DNA of 64,000 bases. It comes from Microthyrium microscopicum. Taxonomy: Eukaryota. Made by a program: the position numbers and the translations under genes. The notes below the pieces were generated by a model. The model was not told where the DNA came from. It searched no databases and saw nothing but the letters and a program-made list of their open reading frames with translations. Position 1 is the stretch's first letter, and each line of letters begins with the position of its first letter. Of this stretch, positions 25,801 through 39,369 are shown in pieces. The stretch spans positions 949,481-1,013,480 of the forward strand of contig MU004232.1 in the NCBI GenBank assembly GCA_010405405.1. The letters are read 5' to 3'.

Positions 25801-27315
25801 ATGGCACCACTGGAATCGGTTCGACAAGAATTAAGCCAGCAGTTTCCTTGTCGCAAAGACCAAATCCAAGTTCTCTCAACGCTCTTCGAAGCTTCATTTC
25901 CATCTCCCCCCACGACAGTGGTTCATGGCTTGGAAGCAACAGGAAAGAGCGTGGTTGTAAGGGCAGTTCTACAAGCACTCGATGTGCCTCATGCTATTAT
26001 CGACTCAAAGGAATGCATCACAACACGACAATTACTGGAGCAGGCTGTTGCAGCCACTCGTAACAGTGTCCATCAAGCTCTAGGAACCGGTCTTTTGCAT
26101 GGTAACCAAATCAAATGCGAGACTGTCAATGCTTTGGAAAATCATCTAGAAAAGAACATCAAAGATGTTCCAAAGTTTGTTTTGGTGTTTGATGGCGTCG
26201 ATCGCCAAAAAGAAGCGCCAATGACACTATTACCTGGACTGGCAAGACTTGGAACGATCGTATGTTACTGACTTTCTTTGATATCCAAGTGGCGCTTATT
26301 GATGTCTCCTAGATACCGAACCTGAGCATTGTTTTCATCATAACAGTGCCAAATCCTAGACTACTCCACCTCCCTGGAACTCCGCACATTCAATTTCCTA
26401 CCTACTCTAAGGAGGACATGATTACTATTCTTTCACTAGACCCCCAGGACATCTTCTTGGAGCGTGTAGATGAAGAGAGGTATGACTATGGCGAAGAGGA
26501 AGCTTCGGAAGATAAGGCCTGGCTTTGGCCAAGATATTGCGCCGTCGTCTGGGACTCTATAGGCAAAGGTGCTGCTCGTGATCTCAGGACATTCACCTTG
26601 ATATGCTACAATCTGTGGAGACCATTTGTGCAGCCTATTGTCGACGGTACTCATGGCACGCGAGACTTTTCCAAGCTACTTGTTTCAAGGCGCAGCATTT
26701 TTCAAGGGGACGAGGCATTGACTGGCAAGATTATCTCTGCAAAGCCATCAGCGGAGGACCAGAATAATCGGAGCAAGCCAAGTAAGTGTCAAAGAGTCTC
26801 ACAAAGCTTTGAGCTAATTATTTTAGCATTTTTGGAGCTTCCATACTATGCAAAATTCCTCCTCTGCGCAGGATATCTGGCTTCCTACAATCCTCCCAGG
26901 CAAGACAAGATCTACTTCATGAAAAGCACGGAACGCAAGCGCAGACGACGTGGAGGAAATGCTGGAGGAAGAGCAAGCAAACACCGAAAGGTAACAAAAT
27001 GCGCTTTGCTCTAAAATACTTACATTGACAATTTTGCGGTAGATCCCGAGACATTTATTGAACCCGTCTCCGTTTTCATTGGACCGTATGCTGGCTATTT
27101 TGCAGTCCATTTTGATACATCCTGTGGCCCAGACCGGCCAAATCTCCGCACAAATAGCAACCCTGACATCTCTTAGACTGCTCTTGCGAACTGGAGCAGG
27201 AACCGCGGATCTGTTGGATCCAGCAACCCGGTTCAGAGTCAATTGTTCTTGGGAATATGTGTCAAGCCTTGGCCGAAGTGTTGGCATTGAGCTAAGAGAC
27301 TATCTTGCAACATGA
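25801..27315 (+). CDS. ORC5: Origin recognition complex subunit 5
   Basis: FPCR-x-x-Q, Walker A HGLEATGKS, LVFDGVDRQ, YLASYNPPRQD, FSLDRMLAI, QIATLTSLRLL; three introns. Confidence 0.93.
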
Positions 27316-28198
27316 GGGTTGTGCAAACTCCCAAGACCTGCAGCTTGCCAACATTAGGCATGAGTGGTAACTCAGCGAGATAAGCAGCAAGATGGTCAGT
27401 AGTTCGGTATCCCACTCTTATGGCCAGTGCGAGGTTAATATCGAAAACCCTGACAACTCATCTATTGGCTCAGACCTGGGCTCAGTCGACCGGAGAATCA
27501 TGGCGAAGTATCGTTTTTCAATATTTCCCACCACTTAGGAGACTTCTCTACAGCCAGAGATAACAAATTCCCAGAGAATTGCGCACCAAAGCCTGGATGG
27601 GCGACGTAACTATCCCACGAGAGCTCATCAGATATATATGAAGCATGTTAGACGACCTCTAACCCGCGTCGTAAGATCTCCTGACCATTTAACGTGTGGC
27701 TTAGTCTGATAACGGTGCTTCGCAGGACATGATTTGTTTGCCCTTACATTCTTCATTGATATGATTATTGTTTGCACAGATCTTCCCATCAGTCTTGTCA
27801 TCGGAGTAACAATTTATATATTGGCTAAATGTCCGATATCCCTGAAAGCAGGCAGATGCTTGCTAACCAGCTCATGCGGACCTGGCTAAGAGTCTCGAAG
27901 CATTCAACTCTTCATCATTTACCCTGCAATGCTCTTCCCCAGAGACGCACCGAATCTTGTTCTAGGTCTGGTCATTGGGCGGAACATAAGCTTCGACAGT
28001 CAAGCAATGTACAGTCGACATGGTTTGTAAAATAAGTTCCATAGGTACCTGCAGAACACAAATGCTTAATGGCCACTGCATCCATAGCTTTGGGATCTTG
28101 GGTCTGAGCCTCGAAAAGATCTCTGTCACAAACTATCATCGCTGTCTCTCGAGCTAGATAGCTTTGGCCATGAGGAACATAATCGCACGTTCTTGACA

Positions 28199-29355
28199 AT
28201 GTTACAACTACTACTCTCCCCTCTCGTCTGGTCCTTGGGTGCCTCCGCCACCCTCCACCACATGTTCGTTGGGACCTATGGCGGATCCGGAGTATACGCA
28301 GTAACCTACGACGACACAACACGCGCCCTCACATCCACGAAAAGCAACACCACCCGCGAAGACAACGAATGGCTCGCCCTCTCCTACGACGGCAAAACGC
28401 TCTACTCGTCCGGTCTCGCAGGCTGGTCTTCATTCCCCATAACTTCGCCCACGACCATCGGCGCGTCCACAGGCAGCTCACCTTCCCCTGGCCAATGTGC
28501 GATCTGGCAGGGGATTTTCATACTGGCGTCGCGAAGAGCGCCGTATAGCGTGTATGGCACATTGAGCTGTGCGCGGAGTAAAGATGTTGGCGCACCAGCT
28601 GGACAGGTTGGGAGGGGGAAGGGCGAGGTGGTGTATAATGAGACTGCTGTTATGTATGGGATGGATATGGATCCGTCGAATCAGTATCTGTACACTTCGG
28701 ACTTCAAGTCAGGGAAGATATGGACTCATAAGGTGAACAAGGACGGTAGTTTGACTGCTTTAGCGTCAGTGGAAGGGCCGAGTCCGGTTGGTGCTCCTAG
28801 GACGGTCGTGGTACATCCTAGTGGGAAGTCACTGTATGTTGTGTTGGAAGGATGGAATGTATTAGCGTTATATGCGATCAACGCGACGACACATCTCCCC
28901 GAATATATGGACGCGCTGTTCAACTTGGTGCCACCAAGTATGTTCCTTATTCTTTTCCATAACGAGCAACTTCTAACGTTATCATAGCCGAGACTCCAGC
29001 AAACTATGCCGCCCACTCAGCAGTAGTGTCCACAAAAGGCAGCGTCCTATGGGCCACAACATCCAGCAAAGTCGGCGGCAAGCCAGGCTTCATCACCGGA
29101 TTCCGCCTGCAGGAAGACGGCCAAATAATAGACCAAATCTTCCAAGTCAACACTCCCACTGGCGGTGGAAAATCGAACAATCTCGCAGCCAGTCCGTTTG
29201 CAGATAATATGGTAGCGTTGACGGAATCTGAGAGAGGTAGTGTCAGTTTGTGGCGATACGACAATGTCAATGTCAAACAAATCGCCAGTGTACAGATCCA
29301 CGATGCTGGAGCGCCCAATAAAGGATGTTGCTCGGAGGCAGTCTGGCTCGATTAG
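28199..29355 (+). CDS. Secreted lactonase-family 7-bladed beta-propeller (carboxy-cis,cis-muconate cyclase-like)
   Basis: Signal peptide MLQLLLSPLVWSLGASA; HHMFVGT start, PRTVVVHPSGKSLYVVLE, TGGGKSN, GCCSEAVWLD end; intron 28938-28987. Confidence 0.8.
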
Positions 29356-29420
29356 TGTAGATGTTTGAATAGCTAAAGTTTAATGCCTGACATGACTCTT
29401 CTCTTGCCTCCCCCAGATTC

Positions 29421-30732
29421 CTAGAAGAGTTCAGATATGGGATACTCGAGGCTTTCGATATTGTCTGGGTAGACCATATCGCCTTGTCTGCGCACTTCAT
29501 CCATAACTTCCATGATAACTATACTTTCTTCCCAGCTCATATCCTCGCTCTCTTGTTTGCCGTCTCTTATACAGCGCGCCGCTTCATCGGCTTGCCAGTA
29601 CATTCCGCGACCCTGTACTTCTTGCGTTACATCCGCAAACTCCAAGCCAGTTTTGTTATCTTCGACGGGAATGATGTTGTATCGCTCTGGTCGAAAGGAG
29701 GGTCCATATACCTGGATTTCACCTTCTGTTCCTTGGATGCGGACGGCTGGGCCGGCGGTGTGCTTATTGTCCGGGTTATCGGAGACCTGGAAAAGAGCTT
29801 TAGTATACTTACAATAATGAGTAGTTGACATGCTCAACGTACTCGTAAGTGGCTCATAGCAACACCATGCGTCCCCTTCGGCAGGAAATTCATAATAATA
29901 CTACACGCCTCATCCGAGCCAGTCTCAAACCTCGTAATCGAACTCGCCACAACCGGTTTCCTCCGCTCCTCCACCGGCAACGCATGATACAGTATCAAAA
30001 ATACCCACGTAATGCTATAAATCCCAACTACCCACCACCATCGTTAGCGCACACCTCCAGACTCAAGGATTTCATCACTTACTATCCAACATCGCGCCTC
30101 CCGCAAGATCCATATTAAACAACCGATTCCCATTCCCCAGCTCCCTCATCGGCGCCTGAAAACTCAAATCCGCAATAACCCGCCACACATCACCAATCTT
30201 CCCACTCCTCACGAGACCCACAACCTCTCTAACAAGGGGGATCCACCGCGTCCAAACCGCCTCCATCAAAAACAGCCCCTTTGCCCTCGCAATCTTCACC
30301 AACTCTTTGGTTTGCTCTGCATTAACAGTAAATGCCTTCTCGCAAAGGACGTGTTTGCCAGCTTCCAGACACGCTCTTGCATGCTGATAGTGGTGCGAAT
30401 GCGGAGTGCCGATATATATAATTTCCACATCCTTATCTGCTATGAGTTCCGCATAGCTGCCGTAGGCTATCGCCGAGCTGGGGGCTTTGACTGTGGTGAG
30501 GAAAGTTTGGGCACGGCTGAGGGAGTTGGAAGTTGCGGCCGCAGTGACGATGTGCTGGATATCGGTGGGCTGGCTGGCGCCTCGGTCGAGGAGGAGATCT
30601 TTGGTGAATGTTGTTGAGATGTTGCCGCATGCTGTGGGAAGGTCAGTGATGTGTGTCTATCGTGGGAGAAATTAGGAAGATAGACTTACAGAGGATGCCC
30701 CATTTTAGGGCGAATGGTTCTTTGGTAGACAT
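29421..30732 (-). CDS. GFO/IDH/MocA oxidoreductase (dihydrodiol / D-xylose dehydrogenase-like)
   Basis: ATG 30732 (MSTKEPFALKWGIL); YIGTPHSHH, KHVLCEKAF, FLMEAVWTR, AGGAMLD; three introns. Confidence 0.9.
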
Positions 30733-31403
30733 TTTGGCTGTTAGGAACTCAATTATGGATTTTATGGGATATGCCGCGTAGTAGACGATTGGCAAATAGC
30801 GATATCAGAGTCGAAGTTGATTCTCCTGATGGTCGTTTGTATCAGTCAAGGTGTTGTACATTACTAGTATGTGGGCACAAGCAGTGAAGCGGGGCAAGAA
30901 TTATTATTCGTTTGAAATTATGCAGGTACTGACGCTCATAGGCAGGGGTACATGAAAACTACATAGTAGTAGTCAATATTGGTGGTCGTGATCATTTGGG
31001 AGAGATTCTTTATATCGTGAAAGTGAGACATGGATTATATCTTGCCTCTCTATGAAAGATTGTCTATCAAACAAAACCAGTGCGGGTAAATTTGGGGATA
31101 AGAATGTAAACTAATTGCGTTATTTACATTTAGATGTTCTGCTCATTTCTTCCATGCATCGTTATAATTATATCAATTGCATGAGTTTAGAACTGAGATT
31201 CTGTCCAAAGGGGGTATTTTTACAACGGTAACTTCAAAAGCAACGGAATATCCAAAGGGATTGTTGTAAATTGGGAAAAGCACCGGGATGTCCTTGCTTT
31301 GTGATTTTGCTCACATATGCTTCTATGGTATCACAAGCAAGCAAAAGTCGAAATAGACTGATTGACATGCCAGCCGTTTGCGATGTTCTGAGCTCTGGAT
31401 GAT

Positions 31404-32449
31404 TTACTTGGCGATGTTACGGCGAAGTCTGACACTTTGATCATATAGAGCGTCCTTGAATGCAAACAAGAATGCTGCAGTGAGAACACTCTGAGTGACC
31501 TTGGATCCAATGCCTAGCAAATATTAGCAATTGATCAAGTTCAACTGAAAAGTCACTCTTACCTCCATAAAGTCCTCCAACACCCTCCTCGTTGATGATT
31601 CTCTTCAGCGTCTCGGTCATGCCCTGTTTTGGAGCATCTTTGCTGGCCACATGCATTCTACTCTTGACTGTGATGTATGGGTATGTTACTGATGTAGCCA
31701 TCAGCTTTCCAAGAGCACCAAGGTAAAAGGCATCCTTGGGTGTGACTCTCCTCCTCTTCTCAAGCGCATTCTTCAATTGTTCAAAGACAGTATATTGAAG
31801 AATCGGGTTGATAACCAACACCAAAGCTGGCATGACACCAGCAAACATACCCGCCAGACCCTCCTCTTTCAACACGCTGAGGAATGTCGCAACAGTGCCC
31901 TTTGGCTTGACTAGCTTGGCACCAGGTAGAGCCTCTTCACGCTTGCCTGCCGTCATGCGGGTGTTCACAACCCAGATTGGGTTGGTAATCAGCACCGTCA
32001 GCGAGCCAGCTACTGCGCCCGCAGCCATACTCTCAATGGTCGTCAACTTCTTGCTGACGCGACCAGATTTGATAGCAGCATTTTCGAAAAAGGCGCGGGT
32101 CCATTCGTACCAGTAGTAGTAGACAAAGTTGGTAAGACTTATGCCGAAGAGGGCGGAGTCGATGCCTGAGTAGAGTCCGCTGATTCCTTCGCGGTGGACA
32201 ATGCGCTGCACAGCTTGAACGAACGAGGCTTCGGACTTCTTGGACTCGACTTGCGCACGGGTTGATAGTGTGATTAAAGGATAGCTGCGATGTATTTAGT
32301 GATAAGCTATTAGAGATGGACATGGTGAGCGCATACGTCAAGGCAGTAGCTAGAATACCACCGCCAGCTCCAGCCAGTGCGTGAGCAATGTTATCATTTT
32401 GCTGGGGTACAGGAGCAACTGGTGCTTCCTTGGTGTTGATCGTCGCCAT
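31404..32449 (-). CDS. PMP47: Peroxisomal mitochondrial-carrier-family transporter (Pmp47/SLC25A17-like)
   Basis: HALAGAGGG, TNFVYYYWYE, ITNPIWVVNTRM, LVINPILQY, TYPYITVKSR; two introns; TAA 31404-31406. Confidence 0.88.
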
Positions 32450-33772
32450 TGCGATATTGTATGTCAATGATCGGCTATCAGAACTAATGTATGGTTGTCG
32501 ACGTTCAGCTGCTAGAGTGTTAAGCAACGTAGTAGTTCTCTACGCTGTGAGATTCAGATGGTGATAGAAGAATAGTGTTGAGGTGAAGAAGTAAAAGCAG
32601 GAAAGGTGAAGCATATCGGAAATGCCTACCGTGACTCGGCGATTCGGTATGAGGTTTACATTCTTTGAGCGTCACAGAGGTTAAAAGCCTCGGTTTGGTG
32701 GGGTTGGGAGCTAGTCGCCTCGGATCTCGTAGAACCACCAGAGGTTGAGCACAAGACAATGGTTGGGCAATATGGACTGTATTGGGTGATAAGTTACAGC
32801 CACGTTAGCTGACTTTCTGCTGAATCATCATTATAGAATAGCCCAAATGGACACGGAAAGAGACGATGAGGGCTTTGGAGGAGGCAAATTAATAGGTCAG
32901 CCAAATCCCTGTTTGGGAAATCGCGACCAAATTTGAGTGGTTGAATATTGATCAAGGCAGGAACAGGGGCCTGAAGAAGTTGAGGCAAGCACTATGTATC
33001 CGCAGGCTCCCAAGGCTTGCTTCGGGGGCATCCATTCAAGGCAAGTGCATGGCACTAATGGCAATGCCTAAGAAATGCTCCACAGAGAGAAAGGAAGCAC
33101 CAGCCTCTTTTTGGCTTGCTCTCTCCCAATCCAAGAGTGTCCAAGCGTCGTTTCCCTAAATCCCTGCCTTGCTGGCCAGGCGTACCTTCCCTCTCAAGCA
33201 CCCAAGCATCCAAGTCCAATCGCAGGGCATTTTGGGCAAAACAACTGCATCTATTTTTGGCAGTCACATCAACGCTCTCACTCTATTCTCTGCCATACTC
33301 TACCACTTACTCCGGCAACACAAGCTCATTACTGTCTCTCCTAGAAACTCAATCTCAACATCTGCTATCTCCTCCATAGTCGGTTATACAGTGCCGTCCG
33401 CAATATCCTGCGAATTGCCCCGTCATACTTCTCTATTCTCTACCATACAACCCTTCCAAACCCTCCGCGCTTCCTCCTACTGGCTCAACTTCTTCCATCA
33501 CACAGACCCCTCGCGGCTTACCCTCCCCGAAACTACCTCTGTAATTCTCGGGAATCGCTTTTTAGATCACTTTCCATTTACCTGGCATCATTCTGCTGAT
33601 CCCGCGACCTCCCACTCTCCTGGTCCTCGTTCGCGCCGAACCATCTTCTTCTACTACTCTACCACCATCCACCGCCAGCCTGGATTAGTCGCCTGACTGT
33701 TTGGCCCAAACTCTAATCACTCCAGTCAGCTCATCGGGATCCTATGGAATCGACCATTCAAACTCCCCAGCC

Positions 33773-36315
33773 ATGGAATATGGCCCGCCTTCAAACATGA
33801 GCCAGCACCATTCTCATCAGATTCAAAATCACAACAATCATTATCAACAGCACTCGGCTACTGCAAGTCCCATGGCTTTTACCTCGTCATACAGACCTCA
33901 ACATGGACATCAGGAGCATAAGACGGGTATGAGCCCCACCAGCGCGCATACTGCAGCTGGAGCGACGATAAATGGACAAAACACTTTTTATAGCCCGGCA
34001 GAATCTGGAAGATCAACTGCGTCACCTCGACAAGTACCGATTCAGCTAAACACACCGACGACTCATTATGCGCCGAACGATCGATCACTACCATCTCGAG
34101 AGTTTGCCGATGAAAAGGAGTTTGAAGATGCATATGTTGCTTTTGTCCTATATTGCAACCCATCTATACCACTGGATTCGAGTACTCATGACCTACGCAA
34201 AAACTTTTCATCTCCTCCAAGAAGCGACGGCAAATCTTTCAGCACGAAACGCCTCTTTGAACTTCTGGAATTACTGGATAAGAAAGAGCTCAAGACTTGG
34301 ACAGAATTGGCATTGGAGTTGGGCGTGGAAAAGCCAGCAATCGACAAAGGCCAAAGTTCGCAAAAAGTCCAGCAGTATTCAGTCAGATTGAAGGTAAGTT
34401 GCATTGTTTGCCCTTTTCTACGTTGTCCTTCATTTGTCTCTTATACCCGAACAAATATCTTGTTTGAGACCTTTTATGGTCCATTAATTTCTTTCGTTTC
34501 TGTTTCACATCGTATTTGCAATTTGTTTTTCTCTATTTTTACATACCCTCGGTCCTCTGGGCTATTATTGTTTCCGACCTTCCCGCTCTATTTTCTGCCT
34601 AATTAATTCATTGATATTGTGTCAACATAATTGGCTTGATATTGTATGCTGGTCGGCTTGTTACCTGAGCTCTCAACCCTTGTTCATAGATCGGCATTAA
34701 CTGTGGCTTGCAGAGATGGCTAAGGGCATCACATATCGATGCATTTTGCGACTATATGATGGGCAAACATCATAACTACATGGAATTACCTTCTTTGCAC
34801 GAACCATTCCCAGAACAACGAGATGGTGTATATGTCGAAGATGATCTCGCCCTCAGAGCTCTCAAGCCAGAGTTTCGTCCGAAAAGGGGTCGTAAACGGG
34901 CGGAATCCGACGAGATAGAACCAATGTCTGCAATTGAACCAAAAAGACCTCACTTGGAATTACCAAATTACAATGCTGGACCACATTCTGCATATCCAGG
35001 AAGTATGAGCGCACATCCCGACGATTTGGAGAGATTTGGACCAGGTGATCACTGGCTCACACCTGCAAATCTAAGCAGTCCTGCAACTGCCAAGTCAAAT
35101 GGACCTACCACACATCGGTGGAGATTAAACGAAACACCATCAACGCCTCATCCAATGTCAGCAGTGACACCAATTAGCGCACAACCACCCGACTCGGCAT
35201 TCGATGATGCTAGTGGCTCACAATCGCAAAGGATGCGAATGCGCCGAAGACATGGAACCGCAGTGTCTTCCGCTTGGCCTAGTAACAGCACGACACCAAA
35301 TGGGAAACTACGAGGAAGGCCTCCGACAAATCGATCTGTTAAGGATGGTCCATTTATATCGTTTCCAGCAAATCCCAAGGCTAAAGAAGGACCAGCAATT
35401 GACTTGTCAAGAAATCAAATACACACCCCAACAGATGAACTCCGAACGCCATCTAATTCACTTCCTCCTCCAGCGCAATCACCAAATTCCCCCTTCCGTG
35501 TACCAGCATATCCAACGCCGGTTTCTGCTACAGCAAAAATACCAGGTCGACCGGAAAGGCTGTCACTCCAGGTACCTCAGCATGTTGGTAACCCAGTACG
35601 ATTAGCGACACCAACGATAGCAGTGAATGGTGAAGAGGAACATACATTCCGCAGACCAGAGTCATCACATGGCGTACCCCGACGATCAAGCAATCCCATC
35701 TCAACACACGTCATAAGCACCGATGAGCTCAAACGGGCCCTCGCCGCTGATCTGCTGAAAGCCGATGTATCTGGTCGCGCAAAAGCCCTACGAGGCACCG
35801 AAGCTAAAGATCTCGCTGAAAGCCTACTAGCCGCTATGCGCACGCGAATCAGCTCTCCGCCGGCGGAGGGCCGCAGTCTCGGAGCAACAGACGATACATT
35901 CCGGCTAACATGCGCAAGCTGGCTCGGACTCAATCCTCCACCATCCTGGCCTAGTTGGACTCCAGTAGCACCAGCCGGAGTCAAAAAGATCCATATCCGC
36001 CGCTACAGAATCAACCACGATGGCTACGATATTCCCGTTGACGAAAGCGACGATGAAGCCGAAACGGATTCCGGACGACTAAAGCAGACCTTTGATATCG
36101 AGTGGGACCTATCACTAGGCAGCATCAGTAGCAAATTCCAAATCAAAGGTCTTCACATCGGCGAAACCTTCGAACACGACGATGAGGATCGCTTGGGCGT
36201 GGCAGACGCAAGCGAGAATTGGAAATCAAAGGCCATGGTGCTACAAGCCAAGCTCAAAGAACGTAACGAGGAGATGAAGAGCCTTAAGGATAAGGTGCTC
36301 GAAGCGGTGCTATGA
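33773..36315 (+). CDS. abp2: ARS-binding protein 2 (Abp2)-like AT-hook protein
   Basis: DAYVAFVLYCNP, PPRSDGKSF, TWTELALELGVE, QKVQQYSVRLK|RWLRA-x-HIDAF, RPKRGRKR; 320-nt intron 34394-34713. Confidence 0.85.
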
Positions 36316-36757
36316 TGATGAGCGTTTTATGTTTTTTTCTACTGTTTATTCTATGATACCTTATATAACGACATGGTTTCGGTAAAGACGCAAGGGATTT
36401 TGGTGCGTTCTGGCAGTTGGATATACCCACACTTGACAGAAAAGTTCCGCAAGTCGGAAGCTTTGTATAGCGGTGCATTTGAAAATTAGGGGCTGTTTGT
36501 ATATTCATAACATCTTGAAAGATATCTCGCAGATGGTTGGCTTTCAAGTCATCGTCCCTGGCTTTTCAGGAGCCTGAAATTTATGTAAAATGAATTGAGA
36601 TTATTTCTCGTCGCAAAGTAACTTCATAGCCTTGACTAGTCCTGCCTGGACTTGGTCAAGGTTGCCTAAATGCTAGTAGTTGTGGTATCAAAGGGTAAAT
36701 AATAATAACATGTTGAGGAGAGAGTAGTCTTCCTTTTTGAACCACTTCATCGCATAC

Positions 36758-37867
36758 TCAAAGTTTCCATACTTTCCAGCCATGTAAATCCATCTCGCCC
36801 AATGCACCGCCTATCGGCCCCTGCTTCTCCTGTCCACCTTCTAATCTTTTCCGACCAGCCCAGTAATCGATAAATCCCTGTGGGCCAGAAACTAGTATCA
36901 GCTTTGCGCCTGGCCGTCCACTCGATGGTGTTTGTACTGCACCCTCCACTGGCTTCGCCGCAGCAGCGAGTATGCTCCGCACATGGCTATGCTTTATAAA
37001 CGTATCTTCCTCATCCACGAAATACTCCACGCGCAATGCGCCAGTGGCCACACGCGTTTGCATTTCTTCGAGGATTTGCACCACCAACCCTTTCTCTTCT
37101 GGTTTGACTTCTTCTTTCTTCACCGCTGAAGTCTTGGAGCTCCATAACTTGTCTAACATTCCTCCCGACGCTGCTTTAGCTATTGGCGCACCGACACATT
37201 CTTCCCGTCGTCTATTTGCCCATAATATCGTGATGCGCGCATCTCTCCGCTGGCTTAGTATGTGCGCTACTTGCATTGCTGGACTTATCCCCGTCCCGCC
37301 TGCTAAGACGAGGACTTCGTCTACATGTGATGGTATACGCACATCCTGATATGGGCCTCGTAGGGAGACGTCGGCTGCGGGGGGTAGGGAATGGAGGTAT
37401 GTGGTCATTTCACCATTGGCTTCCTTTCGTATCAACAGATGAATATCTGCGCTCGCATCGCTATGTGAATTCGGCGGCGTCTCGTAGCCCGGTGCTCGTC
37501 CATTCAGCACGCCTGAGGGTGGAAGAGGTGTATATTCGCGGCCGATTTGGAGTTGTGGTTGTTTCGCTTGTACGCTCCACAAACTACTTGCGGAACTCCA
37601 TACATCGCTTAATTGGCTCGCGGCTAAAGGTGAGGAAGGTGGGCGGAGTATGAAGATGGAGGATGTGGCGGATATGGGGTGTTTGGCAATGAGGGTGTAG
37701 GGTGTGAATGTTGTGGGGTTCAGGGCGAGTTGTCGACGCCGTTGGTAGTCGGTGTAGTAGAGGGGCGCATAGTAGCCGACGCCGAGGGCGGAAGAGCAGG
37801 CGAGGAGGGAGACGATGGGGCGGGCGCGGAGGTGGAAGAGGAGGGAGGAGAAGTAGGTGGAGGTCAT
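36758..37867 (-). CDS. CYC2: Cyc2-like FAD/NAD(P)-binding oxidoreductase (cytochrome b5 reductase fold)
   Basis: N-terminal TM segment, QPQLQIGREYTP, GEMT, LRGP, LAGGTGISP, VSGPQGF, QGPIGGAL. Confidence 0.8.
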   Translation of the reverse strand: MTSTYFSSLLFHLRARPIVSLLACSSALGVGYYAPLYYTDYQRRRQLALNPTTFTPYTLIAKHPISATSSIFILRPPSSPLAASQLSDVWSSASSLWSVQAKQPQLQIGREYTPLPPSGVLNGRAPGYETPPNSHSDASADIHLLIRKEANGEMTTYLHSLPPAADVSLRGPYQDVRIPSHVDEVLVLAGGTGISPAMQVAHILSQRRDARITILWANRRREECVGAPIAKAASGGMLDKLWSSKTSAVKKEEVKPEEKGLVVQILEEMQTRVATGALRVEYFVDEEDTFIKHSHVRSILAAAAKPVEGAVQTPSSGRPGAKLILVSGPQGFIDYWAGRKRLEGGQEKQGPIGGALGEMDLHGWKVWKL

Positions 37868-38895
37868 TGTGGTGTTGTTGATGCGGATGTTGTTGCGGTT
37901 GGATCAATTGGTATGCGCTCATGCGGTTGTGGGTCGGAAAGTCATGGCGAGGCCGGATTGCGGAGGGCTCCTTAGAATAGCATGCTATTAAAGCTCAGTG
38001 GGTATAGCTGTTGGAAATAATGATTTAGATGTGGCGAGAGGAGATTTCGTGGTATGTCATTGATACTGAGCTCGAAAGGTTTGCTTGGAGCTTGGTGGTT
38101 GTAGAAGCTTACTAGTGTTTACTTTACCCCTTAGCGTATTGTTTTATGGCAAGCAAGCGCTAGCTGTACAGTACATGTTGAACTAGCGTCTTGGCTTCGT
38201 ATCAACGAGGCTATCATTAGTGAGTCCATAATTCATATTTTCGATCTCAGACAATAAACCTCTGAGACAGTTATCATCATGTGTTCACTAGCCAAACAGA
38301 GGAGTTGATTGTATCGTCAGGCGGATTGCCGATTTCAATTTAGCCCAGTTTGCCTGACGGAAGGGCGGCATTAATGAAGATACCTAGGTATAGTAGAAAG
38401 TGTAGAGGTACTCCGTAGTACAAAGCCAATAAAAGAACTGTGAAGCAAATTATCTCGCCGATGGACCGACCGACCTTGAATACAATGAATTGATCAGGCT
38501 CAAACCGGTTTGGGATCAGCTGACATTTGCTATTGGAAGGGAAGTTAGGGGCCAATCACAAGTCGCTGGATCCCTGCCTCTTTCGTATCGCTCCTTCCCA
38601 AGCGAGTAGATCCCTGTCACTAGCAGCTGCTGGCAGCCTGTCAGCCTGAGTCCGCCAAAATCCGCAAAACGCAAGAACCAACGACCCTCCCAGACTGCGA
38701 AGTCACGTTCATCCAAAGCTCCTTCTTCAATTCCTCTCATACCATTACCGACCTCCCAGCAATACGATATTTGATTCTTGATTGTCGTTTGTGACTGAGC
38801 TGATAATCCAACTAGCTGATTTCCGCTTCAAATTCCTTCGCGCAAAGTTTGCTTTGGTCAGTTATCTCAACATCTCGAAAAGGCATCACGGGACG

Positions 38896-38927
38896 TCCAT
38901 CCATCCATCCATCCATCCATCCATCCA
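38896..38927 (+). repeat. (TCCA)8 microsatellite
   Basis: Eight perfect TCCA units read directly. Confidence 0.9.
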
Positions 38928-39369
38928 AGACAAGTCATGTGAGCAAATTCTTACCCGTGCTCCTCATTCATAGCGTTGGCTAGCGATGGAAGCAATCGTT
39001 GGAGATGATCAGTGCGACCTCATCATATTCCTCTTTGGAGGTTCAGGTCAGCTCATGATCTCGCGCGCGCCGCTGCTGACTTGTCATGATTTTATTCATC
39101 TCAGCTCAAGTCAGTTTGGCGTCGCAGCGTGTTCCATCTCGCAACCATCTCGATGAATCTGATCTTTCATAAATTATTTTGACAAACACTCGTCGCTAAT
39201 ATCAAGCTTTACAGTTGTCAGCAAGTCTTACGCAGGCCTTTCTCTGCCCGAATTATAGGCTCTCGTCTACTCAAAGCTGACTATTTAGGCTGCCTCTGTA
39301 CAGGTATATACCACTTTCAAGCAACATCATCACACTGGAGCTAACATCATTTTAGCTTAAACTCTCAGA

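Noticed and set aside
33169..33696. 175-aa ORF upstream of ABP2
   Set aside because: TTG start and CT-rich low-complexity sequence typical of a 5' leader, with an acceptor-like CTAAT...CCAG at 33713-33725.
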